Of a stretch of 64,000 nucleotides of DNA, positions 52,582-62,217 are shown piece after piece. Every line of letters begins with the position of its first letter. The first letter of the stretch is position 1. Location: the NCBI GenBank assembly GCA_963702095.1, contig OY969706.1, forward strand, positions 2,848,001 to 2,912,000, given 5' to 3'. The notes beneath the pieces were generated by a model that saw only the letters and a list, made by a program, of their open reading frames with translations, was not told where the DNA came from and ran no database searches. The position numbers were made by a program, and so were the translations under genes. This DNA is from Candidatus Bathyarchaeota archaeon. Lineage in GTDB: Archaea; Thermoproteota; Bathyarchaeia; Bathyarchaeales; Bathycorpusculaceae.

Positions 52582-53967
52582 TTATGCCTTCAACGGTTTC
52601 TCTCGTTTGAGGATTTCTCTGGCAACAATGACGCCTGAAGCGGAGGCTTGGATTAAGCCGCGGGTGACGCCTGCGCCATCCCCGATTGTAAACATGTTCT
52701 GAACCTTGGTTTCCAACGCATTGTTTAGTTGTAAATGGCTGCTGTAGAATTTGACTTCCACGCCATAGAGCAAGGTTTCAGGTGAAGCCACTCCCGGAGA
52801 GATCTTGTCGAGTGCCTCAAGCATCTCGCGGATGTCAACTAAGTAGCGGTAGGGCAAAACGAAGCTCAAATCACCAGGAGTAGCGTTTCTGAGGGTGGGC
52901 GTCAATACGCTGTGGGATATGCGTTCAGGTGTGCTGCGTCTGCCATGGTTGAGGTCGCCTAGCCGCTGCACCATGACGCCGCCGCTGAGCAAGTTACTGA
53001 GGCGGGCGATGTATTTGCCATAGGCGATTGGTTCTTTGAAGGGTTCAGTGAACTGGGTGCTGACAAGTATTGCGAAGTTGGTGTTGTGGGTTTTGGTTTC
53101 TGCTTGGCTGCCGCCGTTGACGGTTAAGACGCCGTCGTAGGATTCTGTTGTGACTTCACCGTATGGCGAGACACAGAAAGTGCGGACTTGGTCGTCAAAT
53201 GACCGTGAGAAATAAACGAGTTTAGGCTCGTAGAGGATTTTGGTAAGTTTCTCCATAACTGACGCCAGCAACTCGACGCGGACACCTATGTCGACGGGGT
53301 TGTTGACGGTTTTTAACCCGCGGATTTGGGCTTCGGTTTGCAGCCATTCGGCGCCGCCTCTGCCGGGGGCGATGATGACGTATTTGCCCATGATTTTTTC
53401 GCCGCTGACCGTTTCGACGCCTTGGATGATGTGGTCTTCGGCGATGAGTCCTTTTACTTCGGTTTTGGGCAGAAAAGTGATTTTACCCTCAAGGTATTTG
53501 CGCATCTCTTTGAGAACGTCGAGGCAGCGGTCAGTTCCCATGTGGCGGACTTCTTGCTTGATAAGTTTGAGCCCCGCCAATGAAGCTTGACGCTCAATTT
53601 CGTCGACTTCTGCGTTTTCGCCGCCGTAGACTTCTTTGCTGGCGCCGAATTTTATGTAGACATCGTCGCAGTACTTGACGAGTTTTTCGAGTTCTTTGGT
53701 TGAGATGTACTGGTTTAGCCAGCCGCCTACTTCTGTGGATAGGGTTAGTTTGCCGTCGCTGTAGGCGCCTGCTCCGCCCCAGCCGGATAGTACCGCGCAT
53801 GGTTCGCAGTGGAGGCATTCAAAACCCCGTTTGCTGGGGCATTTGCGTTTGTCTATGTCTGCGCCTCGGTCGATGACTAGTACGTTGAGGTTTGCGTTTT
53901 CGGTTAGTTCTAGTGCTGAGAAGATGCCTGCTGGACCTGCGCCCACGATGATAACGTCGTATTTCAA
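52582..53967 (-). CDS. FAD-dependent oxidoreductase (COG2509-like)
   Basis: GAGPAG, GWGGAGAYSDGKL, DIGVRVE, GDGAGVTRG. Confidence 0.88.
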   Translation of the reverse strand: MKYDVIIVGAGPAGIFSALELTENANLNVLVIDRGADIDKRKCPSKRGFECLHCEPCAVLSGWGGAGAYSDGKLTLSTEVGGWLNQYISTKELEKLVKYCDDVYIKFGASKEVYGGENAEVDEIERQASLAGLKLIKQEVRHMGTDRCLDVLKEMRKYLEGKITFLPKTEVKGLIAEDHIIQGVETVSGEKIMGKYVIIAPGRGGAEWLQTEAQIRGLKTVNNPVDIGVRVELLASVMEKLTKILYEPKLVYFSRSFDDQVRTFCVSPYGEVTTESYDGVLTVNGGSQAETKTHNTNFAILVSTQFTEPFKEPIAYGKYIARLSNLLSGGVMVQRLGDLNHGRRSTPERISHSVLTPTLRNATPGDLSFVLPYRYLVDIREMLEALDKISPGVASPETLLYGVEVKFYSSHLQLNNALETKVQNMFTIGDGAGVTRGLIQASASGVIVAREILKREKPLKA

Positions 53968-54124
53968 AGGAACTTTCCCCTCTGGAACCCAGAATTACAT
54001 GCAAAGGGTTGGATATATTTGTTGGTGCCTTTTGCTTGGAAGAAACGGTTTATGCATATGTATCCTGCAGATATATCTTAAAAACATTTAATACCCTAAA
54101 GCATCCACATACAAAAGACGCAAC

Positions 54125-54595
54125 ATGGCAACACCCCAAAACAGCCAAAACATGGACAACCTCATCAGCGACTTCAGCCGCTTCTACATCCTAACCATAC
54201 TCTATGAAGGACCCACCCACGGCTACAGCATCATAAGCCAATTCAAACGCCGAGTCAAAAAAGAAATCAGCCCCAGCCTTGTCTATCCTTTTCTGCAGAA
54301 ACTCGAAGAAAAAGGCTACGTCAAACACACAGTGGAACCCGTCGGCGAGAAGGAACGCAAAATCTTCGAGTTAACCGACCAAGGCAAAGCCCTCTGCACC
54401 CGCCTGTTTAAGCGGTTCGCAGAACTCGTCTCCATCGCCATCCAACCAAGCCTCGACGTGTGTGCCCACTGCGGCTGCAAAGTCTATGAAGGCGCATACC
54501 GCGAAGTCATCGACGGAGTGGCAATGGCGTTCTGCTGCACCCACTGCGCAGCCTCATACAGACAATGCAAAACGTCCGGTGCGCCTGCAACTTAG
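54125..54595 (+). CDS. PadR-family regulator with C-terminal Cys-rich TRASH-like domain
   Basis: PTHGYSII..SLVYPFLQKLEEKGY..RKIFELTDQG, then CAHCGC..FCCTHCA. Confidence 0.85.
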   Translation: MATPQNSQNMDNLISDFSRFYILTILYEGPTHGYSIISQFKRRVKKEISPSLVYPFLQKLEEKGYVKHTVEPVGEKERKIFELTDQGKALCTRLFKRFAELVSIAIQPSLDVCAHCGCKVYEGAYREVIDGVAMAFCCTHCAASYRQCKTSGAPAT

Positions 54596-54746
54596 ATTAG
54601 AAATCGGCTGGGTTACTAACGCTGCTACTGAAATAGGTAACCGATTAAATTCGTTTATTTGCGATATTATTTTCTTTAATTCCTGAAGAATTAGGGTAAA
54701 CCCTTAAGTTGTAAAGATATTTCTCTTAAACGCCTAGTGAAAATAA

Positions 54747-55559
54747 ATGTTCCACGATGAGGACATTAAGGCTTTAACCTTCTTGGGGCTAACAAACCTT
54801 CAGGCAAGAGTTTACCTTTCCCTAGTTAACGGAACAACTGTAACAGCAAAGAAAATCGCAAATAATGCTGAGGTTGCTCGTCAGGATGTCTACCGAATAG
54901 TAGCGGAGCTGGAGTCCCTGAGCTTAATAGAAAAGGTAATCTCTATTCCAACCAAGTACAGAGCTGTTCCGATGGAAGATGCGGTAGATATTTTGCTTGG
55001 CCGTAAACAAAAAGAAAGCCTTGAATTGATGCTTAAGGCAGCTCAATTAAATAACCGCTATAAAACTGGCAAAACAGACTCATCGCATGAAGATGACACC
55101 CACTATGTTTTGATACCTCCAAAAGAGTCATTTATAAAAAAATCCAAAGATTTCTATGATAATTCTACCAACTATATAGAGATCTTTACAACTGTTGAAA
55201 GGATGCGCGCCGCTATTAGGATTTTTCAAGATGACTACGAAAAGGCTTTTCAGAGAGGGGTGACGGTAAGGTGCCTAATCGGAAGAGCAATGGACCAGCA
55301 AACAATCGACGAACAAGATTTACCTCATAATCCACATTTTAGCTGTAATTTCATTACGGTTCCACCTAAGCTCTTAACACCCTTTACAATTTGGGACCGA
55401 AAAGAATTATTTGTCGTGACAACAGAAAAAGAAAAAATCTACCAATCACAAAATCTATGGACGAATAATTGTCTCTTAATAGAGGTATTTCTCAATTACT
55501 TTGAAATGCTATGGAAAACTCGATCACACTTTAATCAGCCCCCGCATCAAAAGGGTTAA
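54747..55559 (+). CDS. TrmB-family transcriptional regulator
   Basis: LGLTNLQARVYLSL..VARQDVYRIVAELESLSLIEK and C-terminal IWDRKE..YFEMLW. Confidence 0.88.
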   Translation: MFHDEDIKALTFLGLTNLQARVYLSLVNGTTVTAKKIANNAEVARQDVYRIVAELESLSLIEKVISIPTKYRAVPMEDAVDILLGRKQKESLELMLKAAQLNNRYKTGKTDSSHEDDTHYVLIPPKESFIKKSKDFYDNSTNYIEIFTTVERMRAAIRIFQDDYEKAFQRGVTVRCLIGRAMDQQTIDEQDLPHNPHFSCNFITVPPKLLTPFTIWDRKELFVVTTEKEKIYQSQNLWTNNCLLIEVFLNYFEMLWKTRSHFNQPPHQKG

Positions 55560-55788
55560 CTGACAACCGATTTTTGCCTGGATTGTTGCTTCATGACGCA
55601 TTTTAAAGTGAAAGCTTAATTCCTTGCTGCCTTAGATGGAAACCGATAAACCACCAAACTGAGTTCTTGCTTACTGTCGTCTTTTTCGCTTAAGTATCTA
55701 GCTTACCTGTCAGCAACTCAACTTACGACTAGCCTTTAAATCCCATTTCAGTCGCATTGTCGTCTTACATATAATGGAGAAAATAAAA

Positions 55789-58492
55789 ATGCAAACAAAA
55801 TTTAACTCAAAAACTACCGTAATTGCAATGCTAGCTTTACTGATGATTTCTATGTTACCCTTTGCTTTCGCTCAGGTTCCTGTTCCGGCTGATTCCCATG
55901 TGCCATCATATCCATACCTTAACGTTGCCCCTAACCCCGCAGGCGTTGGCCAAACAGTCACCCTCAACATGTTCCTTGCCGTACCACAACTAAGCAGCGA
56001 ACCCGCAACGAACTTCACCATAATAGAAACAACACCCCACGGAGAGACTAAGACTTTAGGCCCATTCAAATCTGATGCCACCGGCGGCACCTACACAACA
56101 ATCGTTCCCGATACAACCGGCAACTACACGTTCCAATTCTTCTACGGCGGACAAACCCTAACCGGCGTCGCGGAACAAGGTGCAAGCTCCCGATCACAGT
56201 ATGCAGGCGTCATCGTTGACCCAAGCCACACTGATGTAAAAACACTCGTTGTACAGGAAGAAGCTATACCATCCAGTTCATACCCTATAACTCCGCTGCC
56301 AAACAACTACTGGGAAACACCAATTACCGCTGAGAACGTTCAAAACTGGTACGCTATTGGCGGACCTTGGCTCGGATACGGCTCAGTTACTTTCGCTTCA
56401 ACTGGCGGCTATAACGCTACTGGCAACTACAACCCATACACCCAATCTGTGATGTCTGGCCACGTTCTCTGGACAAAAGTCTGGGCAAGCGGCGGCGCAA
56501 CAGGCGGCGACCTCGGCGGAACTGAGAGCAGCAACTACTGGTCAACTTCACAGTACTGGCCAAAGTACGCACCAGTTATCATGAACGGCATAATGTACTC
56601 CACCCATTACACTGAAACTACAGGATACTCAGCAGGCATTGATGCAGTCAACTTATACACTGGAGAAACGTTGTGGACCATAAACACTACTAGCATACTG
56701 CGCGGCGGCATGAATGTTCAATGGAAAACACTAAACGCCTACGGTGCAATCGGACCATACATTTGGACCACTGGCAATCTACCTGCATCTGACACTGGCG
56801 GAACAGCATATAATACCATACCTCGTTCAACACAATTCAACATGTACTCAGCCTTAACCGGACAGTACGTGGAGAGTGTTGTTAACGGAACTAACCCAAC
56901 CTTTACCACTGACGAAAACGGCAACATGATCGGCTACTATATCAACAGCACAGTCGGCACAATGAACACCTGGGGACCAGTCGAAGTAGACGGCACCCAA
57001 CACTCCAGAGGCGCAGTAGCCATCACTGCAACTCAACCTGTCTTATGCTGCTTTAACATGTCGCAGGCAATTAGCATCATTAATCCAACTACACAAGCTC
57101 GCAGCAACAGTTGGGGCTGGGCTCCAGCACTAAACACTGCAATCGACTTCGGCCGCGGTGTTATGTGGGCAGTACCAGTGTTCAACAACATCTCAGACGC
57201 AATAATCAGTCCAGCACTTGCAATCAACGGCATAACTGACAACGCAGTAGTCCTGACTGGAGGTTTCACCGTCGGACAAGGCTCCGGAGGAGAAACAAAC
57301 GGCTGGCTAGTTGTTGGCGCACAAGATGCAACCACAGGCGCACAATTATGGTGCAAGAACTTCACCTCCCAAGACACATCAACTTTGCTGCCCTTCACAA
57401 GAACACAAATGCAAATCCAAGACGGATACTGGATTAACGCTAACATGTACAACTGGGATATCGTTGCCATTAACGCACGCTCAGGCACTCAAGCATGGAC
57501 CGCAAACCTCGCAGGCGACAACGGTGCAGAACCAAACCACTACGACATATTCAACCTCAAAACCTGGAATGGCCCCGGCATAATCTACTTTGAAGGCTTC
57601 GGTGGAGACATCTGGGCTTTCGACTCAAGCAACGGACACCAATTATGGTACACTAATACAACCAAACTCTTCGGTGACCCAGGAACAGAAACTCCCTATG
57701 GCATATGGCCACTATGGGTGTTTAACTGCGCATGTGCATCCAACGATGTATCATACTGGGCTGTTGGCCACGAATACAACCCACCGCTATTCCACGGCGC
57801 ACAACTATTCGGATTAAACAACACTGACGGCTCACTAGTTTGGAGCACACTCGACATGTCCGTGACTTCCACATCAATCGCATACGGAGTCATGCTATCA
57901 CTCAACGCATATGACAACCAACTCTACGCTTTCGGCAGAGGACCAAGCGCTATGACAGTCGATGCTCCTAGTGTCGGTGTTTCCACAGCTACTCCAATAG
58001 TTATCTCAGGTACAATCACTGATGTCTCTGCAGGCGCTTCTCAGAGTGTAGTCGCTAAGAACTTCCCCAACGGTTTGCCATGTGTCTCAGATGAGAGTCA
58101 GAGCCACTTTATGGAAGCCGTGTACCAGCAGCAGCCAATGCCATACGACACTACCGGTGTTCCAGTTACCATAAACGTCGTTGACAGCAACGGAAACTAT
58201 CGTGAAATCGGCCAAACCACTTCAGTCGACGGAACATTCGCCTACACTTGGACTCCTGACATTCCAGGCAGCTATGAAGTCGTTGCTAGCTTTGCAGGTT
58301 CCAACTCGTACTATCCATCCTCAGCTATTGGCGCACTTCTATGCCAGTGATGCAGTAACACCGCAACCGACAACTGAGGGCGCAACGGGCTTTGCTACTA
58401 CTAGTGACTTGATGATGTATATTGCAGCAGCAGTCGTTGCTATCATTATTGCAGTTGCAGTCGCTACAGTGCTTATCTTAAGAAAACACTAA
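55789..58492 (+). CDS. Large secreted PQQ-like beta-propeller surface protein with C-terminal TM; +1 frameshift at about 58330
   Basis: Signal peptide, APNPAGVGQTV, PLPNNYWETPI, propeller Trp repeats, YDNQLYAFGRGPS; the anchor lies in ORF 58181-58492. Confidence 0.82.
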
Positions 58493-58509
58493 ACAGTAAA
58501 CAAACAATC

Positions 58510-58528
58510 TTTCCCTTTTCCTTTTTTT
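58510..58528 (+). terminator. Oligo-T pyrimidine tract terminator
   Basis: TTTCCCTTTTCCTTTTTTT 17 nt after the stop codon. Confidence 0.6.
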
Positions 58529-58548
58529 GGAAAACAAAACACTGGAAA

Positions 58549-58658
58549 AATGGGCTGAGTGGGCTCTGGAATAAAACTAACATAGTCGCGGATAAGAATG
58601 GTTACGTGCATTTCCATTCTTTTCTCCCTAAGCTTTCCAGAGCCCCAGCAAACTCATT
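58549..58658 (+). ncRNA. Candidate structured RNA: long hairpin closed by a bulge-helix-bulge motif
   Basis: GCTG/CAGC helix, AGT and AAA bulges, 11-bp stem GGGCTCTGGAA/TTCCAGAGCCC, inner AAGAATGG/CCATTCTT stem. Confidence 0.4.
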
Positions 58659-58789
58659 GCAAGAAATGTTTAAGCTAAACTTGCTTTTCAGCTAAGAGTA
58701 TTATACCTTCATATAGAAAAGACTTAAAAACGATCACTCTCAAAATATGTAAACTTCACATTCGGGATACTGCTCAAGGAGAGAGACTA

Positions 58790-59248
58790 ATGAACGAAAA
58801 AAAACTATCTTTAATGCTGCTGCTTATTTTAATAACGGTTGCTCTAACCCTATCCTTAACCGCTTACGCAGCCACACAAACTACGCTTTCTGCGAGCGTT
58901 CCCTCTTCAGGAGCGATTAAAAAAAGCGTAAATCTTGAACTCTACACCGATAGCGCTTGCAAAAACGTCCTCAACAACATCGCCTGGGGCGACTTTACCC
59001 CCGGTTCAAATGCAACTCAAACAATCTACATAAAAAATACTGGTAGTCATGCTTTTTTAACGTTAACTATGTCTACTTATGATTGGACTCCACGGAGTAC
59101 TAATGCGGTAATTACTGTATCGTGGAACCAAGAAGGCACAAGACTATCTCCCGGACAAGTAGTTGCGGCTGTAATTACCACATCGGTTTCCTCAAACATC
59201 ATGGATACTTCAGACTTCAGTTTTATACTATGCATAAACGGTGCCTAA
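58790..59248 (+). CDS. Small secreted beta-rich protein
   Basis: AAGGAG SD, signal peptide, Ig-like IAWG..PG..IYIKNTG pattern. Confidence 0.75.
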   Translation: MNEKKLSLMLLLILITVALTLSLTAYAATQTTLSASVPSSGAIKKSVNLELYTDSACKNVLNNIAWGDFTPGSNATQTIYIKNTGSHAFLTLTMSTYDWTPRSTNAVITVSWNQEGTRLSPGQVVAAVITTSVSSNIMDTSDFSFILCINGA

Positions 59249-59253
59249 ACAGC

Positions 59254-59387
59254 CTTCATAGTCAGGATGTTTAATTAGTTTCACAGGTGACAAATCCCTG
59301 TTAACACTCGGGGTTATCCCGACCTGACTGAAGTCCACTGCACAATATCAACAAACAATCGACTAGTCTTTTATGGCTTCTATGAAG
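59254..59387. other. Multi-stem intergenic structure
   Basis: CTTCATAG/CTATGAAG, GTCAGG/CCTGAC, ACAGG/CCTGT and TCGGG/CCCGA nested stems. Confidence 0.3.
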
Positions 59388-59594
59388 TTAAAGTGGCAAA
59401 ATCTCCCGCTTCCCCTTTTTTCGTATTAGTTATCAGTAACCTATCATTCGGGGGAACATGCCCTATTTTGTGATGTCACCCGCATACCTTCTCTTTATTA
59501 ATGCTTAACAAGATAGTTTAGAAATTTTTCAAGAGCCTCAGCAAACCCTTTGGCTAAAATGCTATATACTAGCTGGGTTTAAAAGGGCAAGATA

Positions 59595-60824
59595 ATGAAT
59601 TCAGAGAATCGTTTAGAACACAAGGCTTACAAGGTGCAACTGCTACTTCCCACATTAATCCTCAGTTCGTTTCTGGAATTCACTGGTACTGTTCTTCTTA
59701 GTACGCTCTTAGTAGACATAGCATCGTCATTGAAGGTTCCAATCGGAACAGCAAGCCAACTTGCCCTTGTTTGCAGTTTCTTGTTTCTCATAATGGGCTT
59801 AGTCATGAGCGCCTTAAGCATCAGGTTCAGACATAAATCGCTATTCCTTTTGGGAGTGGCAATCATAAGCATTGGGTCATTAGTCTTTTTCTTGGCCCCA
59901 AACCTCGCCACGGCGCTGCTGTCACAACTACTCATGGGAACAGGTAGCGTAATTCACGCCATCATGACTTTTTCCTTAGTCGGGGACCTCCTGCCCTTGG
60001 AAAAGAGGGGATGGGCAATCGGGTTGATAATTTCCACTCAGTTTTTAGCATTTGCCTTTTTTGCACCATTATCTGGCTTTATTGGGGGTATCGCAGGGTG
60101 GCGCTCCGTGCTACTCTTTTTCATTTTTCCCCTTTCCATTACCTGCTTCGTTTTAGGCTTAATTGTTATTCCCTCAAAGTCGCACCAAGACCCGAGTCCC
60201 CCAATCTCTGAATATTCAAAAGCTTTTAAGAAAATCTTCTCTAACAAATCCGCAGTAGGTTGCCTTGCAGGGACGACCCTTTTATTGATTTTAGATGCAA
60301 TTACTTTTTACGCAGTGTCATTTTACAGAATAACCTTTTCGCTTCCTCCCATAATGGGTGGCATGTTCTCATCTGCTGCAGCAGTCGGAGGGATATTCGG
60401 AGCGATAGGCGGTGGTAAATTAATTAATAGCTGGGGCAGAAAACCTCTTGCTATCACAGCAGCATTCATTGCAGGAGTCTTGACTATAGCGTTCACCTTT
60501 ATACCGGATATTAGAGTTTCCGTAGCCTTTTGGGAGCTATCAGCGTTTTCAGTAGCAGTAGCAGGTACGTCACTTACAAGCTTAACTCTTGAGCAAGTTC
60601 CAGAGTTCAGGGCATCGATGATGTCTATTTCCAGGGCGTTCGCGGGCTTAGGTGCTGTTTTGAGTTTTACTATCGGCGGGTTGGTGCTAAACCTTTCCGC
60701 TAACAACTTTCAACTCTTGATGACTATTATCGGCGCCTCGGGCGTAACTTTAGCAATAGTTCTCCTTTTATTTTCGAGGGACACGCCGAAAAAGCTGCAG
60801 CATACTAAAAATTCGGTTCATTAG
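59595..60824 (+). CDS. MFS transporter
   Basis: About 12 TM, EKRGWAIG, GWRSV, GGKLINSWGRK motif-A-like sequence. Confidence 0.88.
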   Translation: MNSENRLEHKAYKVQLLLPTLILSSFLEFTGTVLLSTLLVDIASSLKVPIGTASQLALVCSFLFLIMGLVMSALSIRFRHKSLFLLGVAIISIGSLVFFLAPNLATALLSQLLMGTGSVIHAIMTFSLVGDLLPLEKRGWAIGLIISTQFLAFAFFAPLSGFIGGIAGWRSVLLFFIFPLSITCFVLGLIVIPSKSHQDPSPPISEYSKAFKKIFSNKSAVGCLAGTTLLLILDAITFYAVSFYRITFSLPPIMGGMFSSAAAVGGIFGAIGGGKLINSWGRKPLAITAAFIAGVLTIAFTFIPDIRVSVAFWELSAFSVAVAGTSLTSLTLEQVPEFRASMMSISRAFAGLGAVLSFTIGGLVLNLSANNFQLLMTIIGASGVTLAIVLLLFSRDTPKKLQHTKNSVH

Positions 60825-60899
60825 TCACTTACTTTCAGGGATAAAAATGCAAACCTTCGTCCGATACGATCAATTATTTTGAAAAACTTTTTCCTTGTT

Positions 60900-61880
60900 C
60901 TATATCGTTGAACTCCAATACTGCCTAAAAGGGAAAATGCATTCTGAAATGCCAGTTAACCGCATATCTAATTTCCCAAAGTCAGGTAGATCTACTATAT
61001 TCTTTTGAATTGCAAGGAAATGTTCAATGTCTCTCACGAAGGCAAAAAGGTGTAGATCATAGTCTCCAGAGGTTGCAGTCATGAAATAAATGTCCGGAAC
61101 TTGTGCGAGAATATTCATTGCTTCAATTGAATCCCTTGTCGATTTTAGTCTGATTCGAGTTTCCATCTGGCAGGTGTAACCTAGTTTTTTTGGATTTATT
61201 TGAATTAACGTATTAATAGTGCCGCTTTTTTTAAGCTCTCTGTACCTTCTTATAACGGTGTCTGTAGCAACTCCAATTTCTTTGGCAATAGTACTGAAAG
61301 GCACACGACTGTTCTGACTTAGTTTATCAATTATCTGAGTATCTATTTCATCAAGTTCACTCCGGCATGTGCCGCTCGTTGAGAGTGATTGCTTCTTGCA
61401 AACATTATCTTTCAAACCTGCGAAAATTCCAAACGATAAGTTCCACGGGATACTTTTTACGGCACCAGTCCAAATGTATGACCTTAGTCTTCCGGCAGTA
61501 AGTTTCGCCAACAGCATTTTTAATTCTTCTATTTCCGACAGGTTCCTCATTGCAACAAAAACTTCAATATCGCCCTTATCGGGATGATTAAATATGGCCT
61601 GAAACCTATGCGCTTGGTTCTTTAACCGTTCGTGCATTAAGTCGCTATCTATATAATAGTCCGCTAGTAAAAACTCAGTAAAGGCTTGAAACCCTTGATG
61701 GCGACGTTCAACTTGGGTTGTTGCACCGACAATAATTCCCTCTCTTTTCATTTCTCCATAACGCTTTTGAACTGCGTTCCTTGAGATTCCAATCTCGCAT
61801 GCAATATCAGAGAAATCTTTTCGACCATCTCTTAACAAGTCGTGAAGTATCTTTGCATCAATTTCATCAATCGTTCGCAT
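60900..61880 (-). CDS. Tandem (duplicated) Lrp/AsnC-family regulator
   Basis: Two HTH-RAM units: IDEIDAKILHDLLRDGRKDFSDIA and LDEIDTQIIDKLSQNSRVPFSTIA..SGDYDL. Confidence 0.88.
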   Translation of the reverse strand: MRTIDEIDAKILHDLLRDGRKDFSDIACEIGISRNAVQKRYGEMKREGIIVGATTQVERRHQGFQAFTEFLLADYYIDSDLMHERLKNQAHRFQAIFNHPDKGDIEVFVAMRNLSEIEELKMLLAKLTAGRLRSYIWTGAVKSIPWNLSFGIFAGLKDNVCKKQSLSTSGTCRSELDEIDTQIIDKLSQNSRVPFSTIAKEIGVATDTVIRRYRELKKSGTINTLIQINPKKLGYTCQMETRIRLKSTRDSIEAMNILAQVPDIYFMTATSGDYDLHLFAFVRDIEHFLAIQKNIVDLPDFGKLDMRLTGISECIFPFRQYWSSTI

Positions 61881-62217
61881 AAAGGCGCACGTATTCCCTG
61901 CGTTTGCTTATTATATGTTTTCCTAAAGGTAATGCAGCCTCTATTTAAGACCTACGTCACAATTAATTCCCAGTTATCACGGAAACATCCTGTTAAAAAG
62001 TTCGGGCCATTCTCGAAAGTCAGAAAGAACATAGGGTGTCAAAAAACTCGTCCTTTTGATACGTAGTACAAAAAACCTTTTTTTCGTTAATTGTAATTTT
62101 TTTTTAGTTAATAGGGCTCATTTTTCGATTAAATTCAGTGAATTCCAAAAATTTTATATACACGGTAAAAAGCTACAGTATTCTTCACGCAAAAAACACA
62201 AAAAGGAAAAAACAAAA

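Noticed and set aside
59254-59387. Hammerhead ribozyme, purine or cobalamin riboswitch
   Set aside because: It lacks the CUGAnGA core, the purine junction sequences and the B12 box; only partial look-alike words are present.
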